This document shows, piece by piece, positions 9,533 to 18,999 of a stretch of DNA of 44,575 bases. Made by a program: the position numbers and the translations under genes. The notes beneath the pieces were generated by a model. It was not told the DNA's origin. It saw only the letters and a list, made by a program, of their open reading frames with translations, and ran no database searches. The stretch's first letter is position 1. The number at the start of each line of letters is the position of its first letter. This DNA is from Gemmatimonadota bacterium (lineage in GTDB: Bacteria; Gemmatimonadota; Gemmatimonadetes; Palauibacterales; Palauibacteraceae): NCBI GenBank assembly GCA_046758745.1, contig JBHIAV010000021.1, positions 1-44,575 on the forward strand, written 5' to 3'.

Positions 9533-10720
9533 TTGAGGCCTTCTCACCAAAATGCGATCGCAATCATACCGGCTCGCGGGGGCTCGAAACGGATCCGGCA
9601 GAAGAACCTGGTATGTGTCGCCGGGGTGCCCCTGGTTGCACACACCATCCGGCAGGCCCTCTCAGCGTCCCTCGTGCGGGAGGTCTGGGTGTCTACCGAC
9701 CATCCGGAGATCGTCTCGGTCGCGAAGAGGCACGGAGCGATCGTCGTCGAGCGCCCGCCGCATCTCTCGACGGACGGAGCCGCGAGCGAATCCGCCCTCC
9801 TCCACGCCCTGGACGAGCGGAACCAGCAGGGGCTTCCCGACCCGGAGCTCGTCGTATTCCTTCAGACCACCTCACCGATCCGTCGCCCGAAGGACATTGA
9901 CGGGGCGATCGGGACGCTCGTGCGGTTCGGCTATGATTCCGTCTTCTCGGCATGCAAGGACACACGCCTGATCTGGAGGTCGGACGCGGACGGTCCCCGC
10001 CCCGTCAATTACGACTTCCGCCGCCGGCAGCGCGAGCAGGAGATGCCACGGCAGCTGGCCGAGAACGGTTCCATCTACGTGGTGCGGGCCGAGCTCCTCC
10101 GTCGAACCTCCAATCGGCTGGGCGGAAGAATCGGCGTCTACGAGATGGACTACTGGAGCTCCTTCCAGATCGACGAGCCGCAGCACTTGGAGTTGTGCGA
10201 GTGGATCCTCCGGCGTCCGGAGTACCAGCCGCCGATCCCATGGCCCCGCCGCATCGAGCTGGTCGTCTTCGACTTCGATGGGGTTATGACCGACAACACC
10301 GTCACGCTCGATTCGGACGGGAAGGAGCGCGTCGTCTGCCACCGCGGCGACGGTTGGGGCATCGCCCGTCTCCGGGAGCGCAGGGCCCGGGTCCTCGTTC
10401 TCTCCACGGAGGCGAACCCCGTGGTGTCCGTGCGCTGCCGCAAGCTAGGCGTGGAATGCCATCAGGAGATCGCGAACAAGGGGGAGCACCTGCGCCAGCA
10501 CCTACGACGGCTCGGGATCCCCGCCGAACACGTGGTTTACGTCGGGAACGACGTGAATGACCTCGGCTGCCTCCAGATGGTGGGCCTCCCCGTAGCCGTG
10601 GCCGATGCACACCCGGAGGTGCTCCGTGCGGCGAACTGGGTCCTCACGCAACCCGGTGGCCGCGGGGCCGTGCGGGAAGTCTGTGACCGGGTCGGCGAGC
10701 GGCTAGACTCCGGGGCCTGA
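9533..10720 (+). CDS. neuA: Acylneuraminate cytidylyltransferase fused to a KdsC-like HAD phosphatase domain
   Basis: IIPARGGSKRI..KN, LQTTSPIR, ENGSIY. C-terminal FDFDGVMTD, YVGNDVND, GGRGAVREVC. Start uncertain: TTG 9533 or GTG 9371. Confidence 0.85.
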   Translation: MRPSHQNAIAIIPARGGSKRIRQKNLVCVAGVPLVAHTIRQALSASLVREVWVSTDHPEIVSVAKRHGAIVVERPPHLSTDGAASESALLHALDERNQQGLPDPELVVFLQTTSPIRRPKDIDGAIGTLVRFGYDSVFSACKDTRLIWRSDADGPRPVNYDFRRRQREQEMPRQLAENGSIYVVRAELLRRTSNRLGGRIGVYEMDYWSSFQIDEPQHLELCEWILRRPEYQPPIPWPRRIELVVFDFDGVMTDNTVTLDSDGKERVVCHRGDGWGIARLRERRARVLVLSTEANPVVSVRCRKLGVECHQEIANKGEHLRQHLRRLGIPAEHVVYVGNDVNDLGCLQMVGLPVAVADAHPEVLRAANWVLTQPGGRGAVREVCDRVGERLDSGA

Positions 10721-10729
10721 GACGTCGAG

Positions 10730-11557
10730 TTGATCTGGATCGGGATCATGCAGGGACGCCTCGTCCCTCCGATGGCCAGCGCCCTCCAGTGCTTCCCCCG
10801 AGGGCGCTGGAGCGAGGAGTTCGCCCGTGCGCGGGCGGCCGATATCGACGGAATCGAGTGGATCTTCGACACCTTCGGGGGAGGTGACAATCCTCTGGGC
10901 TCGAGGGAGGGCCTCGAGCGACTGCGCGCTCTGGCTCGTGCGCACAGGGTGGAAGTCCGTTCTCTCTGCGCCGACTACTTCATGGAGCACTCGTTCACGG
11001 GGGTGGAGTCGCCAGAGAGAGACAAGCGGCTCGAGCGGCTGCACTGGCTGCTGGAGCGGTGCGCCGCGGCCGGCATCGGCCGGGTCGTCCTCCCCTTCGT
11101 CGACCGATCGGCGATCCGGGACGACGCAGACCTGAAATGCGTGCGGGAGCTCGTCTCCGCGGCCGCTCCCCAGGCGGAGGCGAACGCCGTCGAGCTCCAC
11201 CTGGAGACGTCGCTCCCCCCGAAGGAGTTCGCGGAGCTCCTCGCCGGTCTCGATGAGCGCTGGGTGAAGGTGAACTACGACATCGGAAACAGCGCTGCCC
11301 TGGGGCACGACCCCCGCGCCGAGTTCGCGGCCTACGGCGCCCGCGTCGGTAGCGTGCACGTGAAGGACCGGGTTCGCGGGGGGACGACGGTCCCCCTGGG
11401 TACGGGCGCCGCCGACTTTGGCGTCGTGTTCCGGGAGCTTCAGCGGGTCGGGTACGACGGTGACTACATCCTCCAGGTCGCGCGAGGGGATCCCGGTGGC
11501 GAAGTGCAGTGGGCCCGGCGAAATCGGGGCTTCGTGGTGGAGCACCTCCAGCGGTAG
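10730..11557 (+). CDS. Sugar-phosphate isomerase/epimerase, xylose-isomerase-like TIM barrel (UlaE/SgbU-like)
   Basis: IGIMQGRL, IEW, LHLET, NYDIGN, VHVKD metal-binding pattern. Confidence 0.8.
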   Translation: MIWIGIMQGRLVPPMASALQCFPRGRWSEEFARARAADIDGIEWIFDTFGGGDNPLGSREGLERLRALARAHRVEVRSLCADYFMEHSFTGVESPERDKRLERLHWLLERCAAAGIGRVVLPFVDRSAIRDDADLKCVRELVSAAAPQAEANAVELHLETSLPPKEFAELLAGLDERWVKVNYDIGNSAALGHDPRAEFAAYGARVGSVHVKDRVRGGTTVPLGTGAADFGVVFRELQRVGYDGDYILQVARGDPGGEVQWARRNRGFVVEHLQR

Positions 11558-12334
11558 ATGGATCTAGGGCTTGCGGGGAAGGTTGTTCTCGTCGGCGGCT
11601 CGTCGCGCGGCATCGGGCGCGCGATCGCCCGCTCCTTCCTCTCCGAGGGCGCCAGCGTCGTCATCACCGCCCGGGGACGCGAAGCGCTCGAGGAGACGCG
11701 GATCGCGCTCGAAGAGGAATGCGGATCGGGACGCGTGCTCGCTGTTGCCGGGAATCTCGCTGACGGCGAGGTGATCGGCCGGGTGCTGGAGCGCACCGGT
11801 GACCGCTGGGGCGAGGTGGACTGTCTCGTGGCCAACGTGGGGAGCGGGGCCGGACGTCACGACTGGGAGCTGGATGAAGAGGAGTGGCAGCGCTCCTTCG
11901 AGGTGAACCTTTCGATCGCGCGGCGGATGACCGACGCGGTGATGCCCGCGATGGTCCGGGCTGGCCGGGGCAGCGTGATCTTCGTCTCCTCCATCGCGGG
12001 AGTGGAGTGCGTGGACGCTCCTCTCCCGTACGCCACCGCGAAGGCCGCTCTCATGGCGTACGCGAGGAATCTGGCTAGGCGCGTGGGACGAAAAGCGATC
12101 CGGGTAAACTGCCTGGCACCCGGGAACATCCTCTTCCCGGGCGGCGCGTGGGACAGGAAGCAGGCCGAAGATCCCGAAGCGGTTCGGAGCTACATCGAGA
12201 GAGAAGTGCCCCTAGGGCGCTTCGGCACGCCGCAGGAGATCGCCGACCTGGTCGTGTTCCTGGCCTCCGAGCGGGCGTCGTTCGTGACCGGGGCGTGCGT
12301 GGTTGCGGACGGAGGACAGACGAGAGGCCTCTAG
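11558..12334 (+). CDS. Short-chain dehydrogenase/reductase
   Basis: GGSSRGIG, SSIAG, YATAK, C-terminal ADGG. Confidence 0.9.
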   Translation: MDLGLAGKVVLVGGSSRGIGRAIARSFLSEGASVVITARGREALEETRIALEEECGSGRVLAVAGNLADGEVIGRVLERTGDRWGEVDCLVANVGSGAGRHDWELDEEEWQRSFEVNLSIARRMTDAVMPAMVRAGRGSVIFVSSIAGVECVDAPLPYATAKAALMAYARNLARRVGRKAIRVNCLAPGNILFPGGAWDRKQAEDPEAVRSYIEREVPLGRFGTPQEIADLVVFLASERASFVTGACVVADGGQTRGL

Positions 12335-12357
12335 GCGCCCCTGCGCTCCGATCGACG

Positions 12358-13197
12358 GTGGACGAAACCGGATCTTCGCCGCAGGCCGTGTTCGACCTGA
12401 CAGATCGGACGGCGGTCATCACAGGCGGCGCCGGGTTCCTGGGGGTGAAGCACGCCGAGGCCATCGCGAGCGCTGGCGGGACGCCCCTCATCGTCGATGT
12501 CACCCCGGGTGCCGCCGAGGGAGCGGCCCGTGAGATCGGAGAGACGTACGGGATCGCGGCGGGCGGCTACGAGGTTGATGTGACCCATGCCGAGCAGGTG
12601 AGGACGCTCGCCCGGAAGGTGCTCGAACGCTACGGCCGGATCGACATCCTGATCAACAACGCCGCGAACAACCCGAAGGTGGAGGAGAACGAAGCCACCT
12701 GGACGCGCCTGGAGAACTTCTCGCTTGATCGGTGGCATGCCGACGTCGCGGTGGGGCTCACCGGGGCCTTTCTCTGCAGCCAGGTAATGGGAACGGCGAT
12801 GGCGGAGCGGGGAAAGGGCGTGATCGTGAACGTCGCATCGGACCTTGCCGTGATCGCTCCGGACCAGCGCATCTACCGACAACCAGATCTGAACGACGGC
12901 GCGCAACCCGCCAAGCCGGTGAGCTACTCCGTCGTGAAGACCGGCCTCCTCGGCCTGACCCGGTACCTGGCGACGTACTGGGCCGCGCGGAGCGTGCGCG
13001 TCAACGCGATCTCCCCCGGTGGGATCTACAACGGCCAGCCGGAGGAGTTCGTCGAGCGGGTGAGCCGGCTCATTCCGCTGGGCCGCATGGCCCGCGTGGA
13101 CGAGTATCAGGGCGCAATCATCTTTCTCTGCTCGGACGCCTCCTCCTACATGACGGGCGCCAACTTGGTGATCGACGGCGGCCGGAGCGTATGGTAG
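12358..13197 (+). CDS. Short-chain dehydrogenase/reductase (PtmA-like, typical of NulO clusters)
   Basis: TGGAGFLG, LINNAA, DQRIY, YSVVK, RVNAISPGG. Start placed at GTG 12358. Confidence 0.88.
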   Translation: MDETGSSPQAVFDLTDRTAVITGGAGFLGVKHAEAIASAGGTPLIVDVTPGAAEGAAREIGETYGIAAGGYEVDVTHAEQVRTLARKVLERYGRIDILINNAANNPKVEENEATWTRLENFSLDRWHADVAVGLTGAFLCSQVMGTAMAERGKGVIVNVASDLAVIAPDQRIYRQPDLNDGAQPAKPVSYSVVKTGLLGLTRYLATYWAARSVRVNAISPGGIYNGQPEEFVERVSRLIPLGRMARVDEYQGAIIFLCSDASSYMTGANLVIDGGRSVW

Positions 13198-14036
13198 CAA
13201 GCCTGAGCGCGGATTTCCTATTCCGCCTCCAGGGAAAAACCGTCCTTCTCACAGGGGCCTCCGGGTTCCTCGGGCGCACGATGGCTGAGGCGCTCCTGGT
13301 TAACGGCGCCCGGCTCGTGGCCCTGGGTCGCTCCTCCCGCTTGAACTCGCTCTGCTCGGCATGGGCGCAGTGCTACGGGAGCGGGCAGGTATCGGCCCAT
13401 CGAGTGGACATGTACGACCTCGCCGCGCTGGAGCGCGTTCTGAACGATGTGCTCGAGCGTGAGGGTGCGCTGGACGTCCTTATCAACAATGCCCACGAGC
13501 TCGGATCCGGGACCGGATTCAACACGCCCGACGGTAGCCTCGAGAACGCCACCTACGAGCAATGGCGGCGGAACTTCGAAGGAGCGGTCTACTGGCCTGC
13601 CCTGACCGTCCAGAAGGTCGGTTCCTCGATGAAGGAACGGGGCGGGGGAACCATCATCAACGTGAGCACGATGTATGCACAGGTGGCACCGGCGCCGCAG
13701 CTTTACGAGGGGACGGGTTTCGTCAACCCGCCCTGGTACTCCGCCGCCAAGGCGGGGATGCTCGCCTTTACCCGCTACGTGGCGTCCTTCTGGGGCCCAT
13801 ACGGCGTGCGCTGCAATGCCATCCTTCCCGGTGCGTTTTCGAACACGGACTACCAGGACGCGAACAGCGTGCCCGCCCACGACGCCTTCCTCGAGCGACT
13901 GCGTGGTCGGACCTGCCTTCACAGAGTGGGACGTCCGGAGGAGCTGGTCGGCGCGCTGCTCTTTCTCGCGTCCGACGCGTCCAGCTACGTGACCGGGCAC
14001 GCTCTCGTCGTGGACGGCGGCTGGATGATCATCTGA
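13191..14036 (+). CDS. Short-chain dehydrogenase/reductase
   Basis: TGASGFLG, LINNA, YSAAK, VVDGG. ATG 13191 overlaps the end of the previous gene. Confidence 0.88.
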   Translation: MVASLSADFLFRLQGKTVLLTGASGFLGRTMAEALLVNGARLVALGRSSRLNSLCSAWAQCYGSGQVSAHRVDMYDLAALERVLNDVLEREGALDVLINNAHELGSGTGFNTPDGSLENATYEQWRRNFEGAVYWPALTVQKVGSSMKERGGGTIINVSTMYAQVAPAPQLYEGTGFVNPPWYSAAKAGMLAFTRYVASFWGPYGVRCNAILPGAFSNTDYQDANSVPAHDAFLERLRGRTCLHRVGRPEELVGALLFLASDASSYVTGHALVVDGGWMII

Positions 14037-14077
14037 CGGTCGAGCGAGACAGGTAGAACAGCCAGGAGGAACTCGGC

Positions 14078-14965
14078 ATGAGAAGGACAGCTCGGATCGG
14101 GAACCGCCTCGTCGGGGACGGACAGCCCTGCTTCGTGGTGGCGGAGATCGGCATCAACCACAACGGGGACCTCGACATCGCGAGGAAGTTGATCGCGGCG
14201 GCGGCGCTCGCAGAGTGCGACGCCGTGAAGTTCCAGAAGCGCACGATCGAGGCCGTCTACACTCCCGAGGAGCTCGCTTGCCCCCGCGAGACTCCCTACG
14301 GGGACACGAACGGGGACCTGAAGCGCGGCCTCGAGTTCGGTGAGGAGGAGTACCGTGCCATCGACGAGTACTGTCGGATCCACAGCATCCTCTGGTACGC
14401 GTCGGCTTGGGACAGGGAATCCGTGGACTTTCTCGCCCGGTTCGACCCGCCGTGCTTTAAGATCGCGTCGGCCATGCTCACGGACGACGACCTTCTCCGT
14501 CACCATCGGTCGTACGGGAAGCCCATCATCATGTCAACGGGGATGAGCACGCTGGAGCAGATCGACCACGCCGTCGAGGTTCTCGGCACCGAGAATCTCA
14601 TACTCCTACAATGCACGAGCACGTATCCCGCCAAGCCGGAGGAACTGAACCTCGAAGCGATTCATACCCTGCGTGACCGGTACGACGTTCCCGTCGGATA
14701 CTCAGGGCACGAAGTGGGGCTCGCGACGACGGTGGCGGCGGCGGTGCTCGGAGCATGCATGGTCGAGCGTCACATCACGCTGGACCGTGCCATGTGGGGA
14801 AGCGACCAGGCGGCGTCGGTGGAACCCCACGGGTTCCGCCGACTCGTGCGTGACATCCGGGTCAACGCATCTGCTCGCGGAGACGGAATCAAGCGAGTGT
14901 ACGATTCTGAGATCCCGATTCAAGACAAGCTTCGCCGGGAAGCGAAGCGGGCCTTGGTTGGATAG
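14078..14965 (+). CDS. neuB: N-acylneuraminate(-9-phosphate) synthase family, short form without the C-terminal SAF/antifreeze domain
   Basis: AEIGINHNGD, AVKFQ, KIAS, STGMS, QCTSTYP, GYSGHE, ERHITLD. RBS AGGAGG upstream. Confidence 0.92.
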   Translation: MRRTARIGNRLVGDGQPCFVVAEIGINHNGDLDIARKLIAAAALAECDAVKFQKRTIEAVYTPEELACPRETPYGDTNGDLKRGLEFGEEEYRAIDEYCRIHSILWYASAWDRESVDFLARFDPPCFKIASAMLTDDDLLRHHRSYGKPIIMSTGMSTLEQIDHAVEVLGTENLILLQCTSTYPAKPEELNLEAIHTLRDRYDVPVGYSGHEVGLATTVAAAVLGACMVERHITLDRAMWGSDQAASVEPHGFRRLVRDIRVNASARGDGIKRVYDSEIPIQDKLRREAKRALVG

Positions 14966-14995
14966 AGCGCCATTGACGACTAGGCAGAAGGACCC

Positions 14996-16384
14996 ATGAG
15001 GATTCCTTCAAGAGGTAAGGCCCGGGTTCGACTACGGTGCGTCCTCGACGAGATCCGGTTCAAGCACCTCGGGCTCCTCCGGCTCCTCTTCGCGATGCTG
15101 GCCCGGTTCCGCCTCTATCAGGCGATCGCGCTGATTCTTGCACTGTTTTGTCGCGCCCGCCGCCTCTTCCTCCAGTTTCGCACGGGCTTCTTCGGCCGAA
15201 GAGGCCTCCGGGTCCTGGCGTTCGACCGGCCGGTATTCGAGCGGGACCTCCTCGAGCTCTCGCGCAGGACGGATCTGGACATCTTTCCTCTTCCAGCCTT
15301 CGTGCACACGACCCTCTTCCTCTCGTTCCTGCCCCACCGCTTCAAAGACCAGCACCGGTACCACCGGCTCGACACCCGCAACGACCAGGCGCTGAAGCGG
15401 CGACTCCAGGGGGTGGTGGAAAGAGTGTTTCCGACATTAAGGAGGCTCCTCCGCTTCGACGCCGTGCTCACGGCGAACGTTGATTATGCGCAGGACCAAC
15501 CCTGGATCGATGCCTGCGAGAGGCACGGTGTGCCGTTGCTCGTCCTCCTCAAGGAGACGATCTCGTCTGACGCACACTTCCAGTGGATCGTTGCGCACTA
15601 CACGGAGCTCGGCTTTCGCTTCCGCGGCACGCTCGTACTGGCGCCGACACGCTGGATGCGGAAGGCACTGCTGGCCGCGGGGGTCGTGGACGACGGTCGG
15701 GTCCTGGTGACCGGTCTCCCCCGGAACGATTCGATCGCCGACGCCCTTCGCGACGGTGCGAGCCGGGGGGCTGCGGATCGGGACTGGGTCGTTCTCTTCG
15801 CCTTCGCGTCGCAGTTTCCGTTCACCGACGACTTCGCGCCACGGGAGCTCTGGTCCGAGGTCCTCCCGGCGTTCCTCGAAGCGGCAGCACAGCACGACGT
15901 GGTCACCGTGCGGTTCATCATCAAGGCGAAGACACCTCGCGACCGAAAGGAAATCGAGGCCTCTCTCGCCCGGTTTCCATGTCGACCGAACGTGGAGTTG
16001 GTAGAGAGAGCATCGCTGAAAGAGGTGATCCGCAGAACCCGGGCCGCTGTGGGATTCAACTCCACGGCGCTCGTCGAGCTCATGAGGACGAACGTGCCTC
16101 TGATCGTTCCTCTTTGGGGCAGTGCGGCGCGGAACCCGCAGGTACTCATGTTCCCGAACGGAACGTCCTCCGCGGCGCTGCTCTTCGCCCGGTCTCCCGA
16201 CGAGCTGGTCGCGGGGATCCGGAGTGCGGCGATGGACCCCATGGGGCACATTTCCGATCATGCGCGGTTCAGGGCGGAGCGTGAGGCGCTGATCGAACGG
16301 TTCCTCTTCCGGATCGACGAAGAGTGCTCCGAGCGGGTTGCGGGGGCGCTTCGGGAGACCGCGGTCGGCAGAGCCGGTGCCTAG
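14996..16384 (+). CDS. Hypothetical GT-B-like protein, candidate CMP-ulosonate transferase
   Basis: TGLPRND, IIKAK and VGFNSTALVE resemble KpsS/KpsC- and TagF-like GT-B motifs. Directly follows neuB. Confidence 0.55.
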   Translation: MRIPSRGKARVRLRCVLDEIRFKHLGLLRLLFAMLARFRLYQAIALILALFCRARRLFLQFRTGFFGRRGLRVLAFDRPVFERDLLELSRRTDLDIFPLPAFVHTTLFLSFLPHRFKDQHRYHRLDTRNDQALKRRLQGVVERVFPTLRRLLRFDAVLTANVDYAQDQPWIDACERHGVPLLVLLKETISSDAHFQWIVAHYTELGFRFRGTLVLAPTRWMRKALLAAGVVDDGRVLVTGLPRNDSIADALRDGASRGAADRDWVVLFAFASQFPFTDDFAPRELWSEVLPAFLEAAAQHDVVTVRFIIKAKTPRDRKEIEASLARFPCRPNVELVERASLKEVIRRTRAAVGFNSTALVELMRTNVPLIVPLWGSAARNPQVLMFPNGTSSAALLFARSPDELVAGIRSAAMDPMGHISDHARFRAEREALIERFLFRIDEECSERVAGALRETAVGRAGA

Positions 16385-16426
16385 TCCGTCCTAGCCGATG
16401 GAGCGACGAGGCGGCGCGAAGCAGCG

Positions 16427-17560
16427 GTGAAGATCGCGATCGTTTCGCCCCGCGTGCTGGGGGCGCTGGGAACCCCCTCGACGTACTCGAGCCAGCAGCT
16501 CAACCTCGCGAGGTGCTGGGCCGAAGACGGCCACTCGGTCGATCTCATCACGATGAAGGGACAGGAGCTTGAACGCGCGTGCCTCGGACCGGGCGTCAGG
16601 CTCCATCTCCTCTCTGGGATCGCCCTGGGCGGGATTCGCCTCGCGCTCATGTGGGCAACCAAGGACATCCTGCGGGGAGACGATTACGATTTCGTCCTGG
16701 CCAGCGAGCACTACCAGCCGGAGACGGCGGCGGCGTGCATCCAGTCCTCCCGAGTCCTCATCTACCAAGGTCAGAACTGGCCTGGGGCGTCCTTCAAAAA
16801 CCGGACGGCGCTTCGCCTCTTGGAGGCGAGCGTGGGTCGAGTAACCCGGGAGCGCTGCATGGGTGTGATCGCGAAGACACGAAGGGCACGGGACTTCCTG
16901 GCGGAGCGGGGATTCGCCCCCATTAGGGTGATCCCCTGCGGGTATGACGACTCGCGATTCTTTCCCCCGAGCCCGAAGCAACGGGCCGAGGCGAGAGATG
17001 CCCTGGGCGCCTCGGTGGGGGAAATGGTCATGGTGTATGCTGGGAATCTTGTCAAACGAAGGGACGTGGCGTCTGCCGTGCGGGCAGTCGGACTCCTCGC
17101 CCGACAGGGAAGACGGGTCCGGCTCCTGGTCGTTGGCGATGGACCGGAGGGACCAAGGCTCCGTTCGCTGGCCGCCTCGCTGCACCTCCGGAAGGACGTT
17201 GCCTTCACCGGAGTCCTGCCGTGGTCTCGGCTTCGCCAGGTATTTTGGGCTGGTGATGTCTTCGTGTTTCCAGCCCACTACGAGATTTTCGGCCTCGTCG
17301 TGCTCGAGGCGATGGCCTGCGGGCTCGCGGTCCTCAGCACGCCGGTCGGGGGGGCGGCCGACCTGTTGAGGGACGGCGAGAACGGGACGTTCATCCCGCC
17401 CGGAGATCCCGCCGCGCTCGCGGACCGTATCACCAGTCTCCTCGACGCGCCGGATCACCTCGAGGCGATCCGGCACGCGGCGCGGCGGGAAGTCCGGCAC
17501 CTCACCTGGAAGACGGTGGCCGGCCGATTCATCAATCAGGTACGTGCAGATTTCAGTTAA
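16427..17560 (+). CDS. Glycosyltransferase family 4
   Basis: VFPAHYEIFGLVVLEAMACGLAV.STPVGG. Confidence 0.9.
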   Translation: MKIAIVSPRVLGALGTPSTYSSQQLNLARCWAEDGHSVDLITMKGQELERACLGPGVRLHLLSGIALGGIRLALMWATKDILRGDDYDFVLASEHYQPETAAACIQSSRVLIYQGQNWPGASFKNRTALRLLEASVGRVTRERCMGVIAKTRRARDFLAERGFAPIRVIPCGYDDSRFFPPSPKQRAEARDALGASVGEMVMVYAGNLVKRRDVASAVRAVGLLARQGRRVRLLVVGDGPEGPRLRSLAASLHLRKDVAFTGVLPWSRLRQVFWAGDVFVFPAHYEIFGLVVLEAMACGLAVLSTPVGGAADLLRDGENGTFIPPGDPAALADRITSLLDAPDHLEAIRHAARREVRHLTWKTVAGRFINQVRADFS

Positions 17561-17684
17561 CCAAGTCTCGCCTGCCAACCGGTCCACGGTGTTCGCCGAG
17601 CAGCCCCATTCCACCAACTCGACGCCCGGTGCGAGCCGTGCTCATGAAGGGTCATTGGGGTGCAAAGGTCCGGCTGGAAGACGC

Positions 17685-18911
17685 GTGACTACTCCGCTGA
17701 GGATCGTCCGAGTGGCGGACCAATTCCCTCCGCTCCGCGGGGGCCTTTCGTCCGGCATCCTCGCGCTGTCCAGGGAGCAGCACCATCGCGGCCACGATGT
17801 GACCGTGATCGCTGCCGATGCCCCTGGAGCAAGGAAGGTGGACGCCGGTCTCCCGTTCCGTGTGATCCGGATACCGGTGAGCTCGCTTCTGCGACTGGGG
17901 TGGCGTGCCGCGGGTATGATCCAGGCGCTGGACCAGCCACCCGATGTGATCCACTGTCATGGACCGACGGCCGGCTCGGTCCTGCTCCGGCGCCGCAGGA
18001 ACAGCCCACCGGTGGTCGTGACCCTGCACGCAGTGCGGAAATACCAGTTCTCCCTCTTTGGCGCCCTCACCGAGCTGGCTCAGGCCGTGCGTACCGATAC
18101 CCGGGAGGCTCTCCGGAACCCCCCGCCGCGATACCACCCGTGGATCCCTCGTGTTGCGCGACAGCTCCTGATCGAGTGGTTCGTCTGCACGCGCTCCGAC
18201 CACCTGGCGCTGGTGGCGGGACACTTCGGAGATCTGGTGGCCGAGTACTATGGTGTTCCGCCGTCTCGGGTGACCGTGGTTTATAACGGCAGCGACCTCG
18301 AACCGTGCCCCGAGGAGGGAGGCAACCTGGCTTCCTGGCTCTCCGTTGTAGCCCGTCGGGACAAGCTTGTCCTCTATGTCGGTCGCCTGGACTGGGTGAA
18401 GCGTGCGCACCTGCTGGTGCAGGCGATGCCCGCCGTTCGACAACGCCACCCCGACGCGCGGTTGGTTCTCGTGGGTGACGGCGACCAGCGGGCCGACCTC
18501 GAACGCCTCGTGGTCAAGCTGTCTCTCGAGGACGTGGTCTCCCTTCGCGGCTGGACGGCCCACGACGAGTTGCCTGAGATCTACCGCTGCGCGGCGTGCC
18601 TGTGCCTGCCCTCGATCTGGGAAGGACTGTCAAAGGTGCTCCTCGAGGCGATGAGCTTCGGCATTCCCGTGCTCGCATCGGAGAACCGGGCGAACGTGGA
18701 GCTTCTCGGGGATGGATTGGGGACGCTCGTCTCCGAGCCGACTCCGGATGCGTGGGCTGGCGCGATCGTCAGAGCGCTGGACGCGGAGGAGGAGGTCGTG
18801 GCCAGAGCCCGGCGGGCCCGGTCAGCCTCCGACCGCCGATTCCGGTGGCACCATGTTGCCGAGCGAATGGATGAGATGTACGAGCGCCTGACCGCAAGGA
18901 AGGCGTGGTGA
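17685..18911 (+). CDS. Glycosyltransferase family 4
   Basis: YVGRLDWVK, LPSIWEGLSKVLLEAMSFGIPV. Start placed at GTG 17685. Confidence 0.9.
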   Translation: MTTPLRIVRVADQFPPLRGGLSSGILALSREQHHRGHDVTVIAADAPGARKVDAGLPFRVIRIPVSSLLRLGWRAAGMIQALDQPPDVIHCHGPTAGSVLLRRRRNSPPVVVTLHAVRKYQFSLFGALTELAQAVRTDTREALRNPPPRYHPWIPRVARQLLIEWFVCTRSDHLALVAGHFGDLVAEYYGVPPSRVTVVYNGSDLEPCPEEGGNLASWLSVVARRDKLVLYVGRLDWVKRAHLLVQAMPAVRQRHPDARLVLVGDGDQRADLERLVVKLSLEDVVSLRGWTAHDELPEIYRCAACLCLPSIWEGLSKVLLEAMSFGIPVLASENRANVELLGDGLGTLVSEPTPDAWAGAIVRALDAEEEVVARARRARSASDRRFRWHHVAERMDEMYERLTARKAW

Positions 18912-18999
18912 CCGCGCGCTGGATTAATGATCGGAGGTGCGCGCAAGCCCACGACACTGGTATCCGGCAAGCAATCCGGTGCGCACATCCTCGGTCGAA

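Noticed and set aside
12732..13190. N-terminal extensions in the ORF track (also 12148, 17544, 25651, 28106, 29306, 43527)
   Set aside because: They overlap upstream genes or are low-complexity. Downstream starts fit the domain boundaries and RBS or overlap signals better.
16391..17617. Long antisense or alternate-frame ORFs (also 1189-2247, 27144-28079, 29357-30733, 37403-38629, 38816-39760, 41096-42364, 43511-44368)
   Set aside because: They are shadows of well-supported genes in high-GC DNA and have no family motifs.
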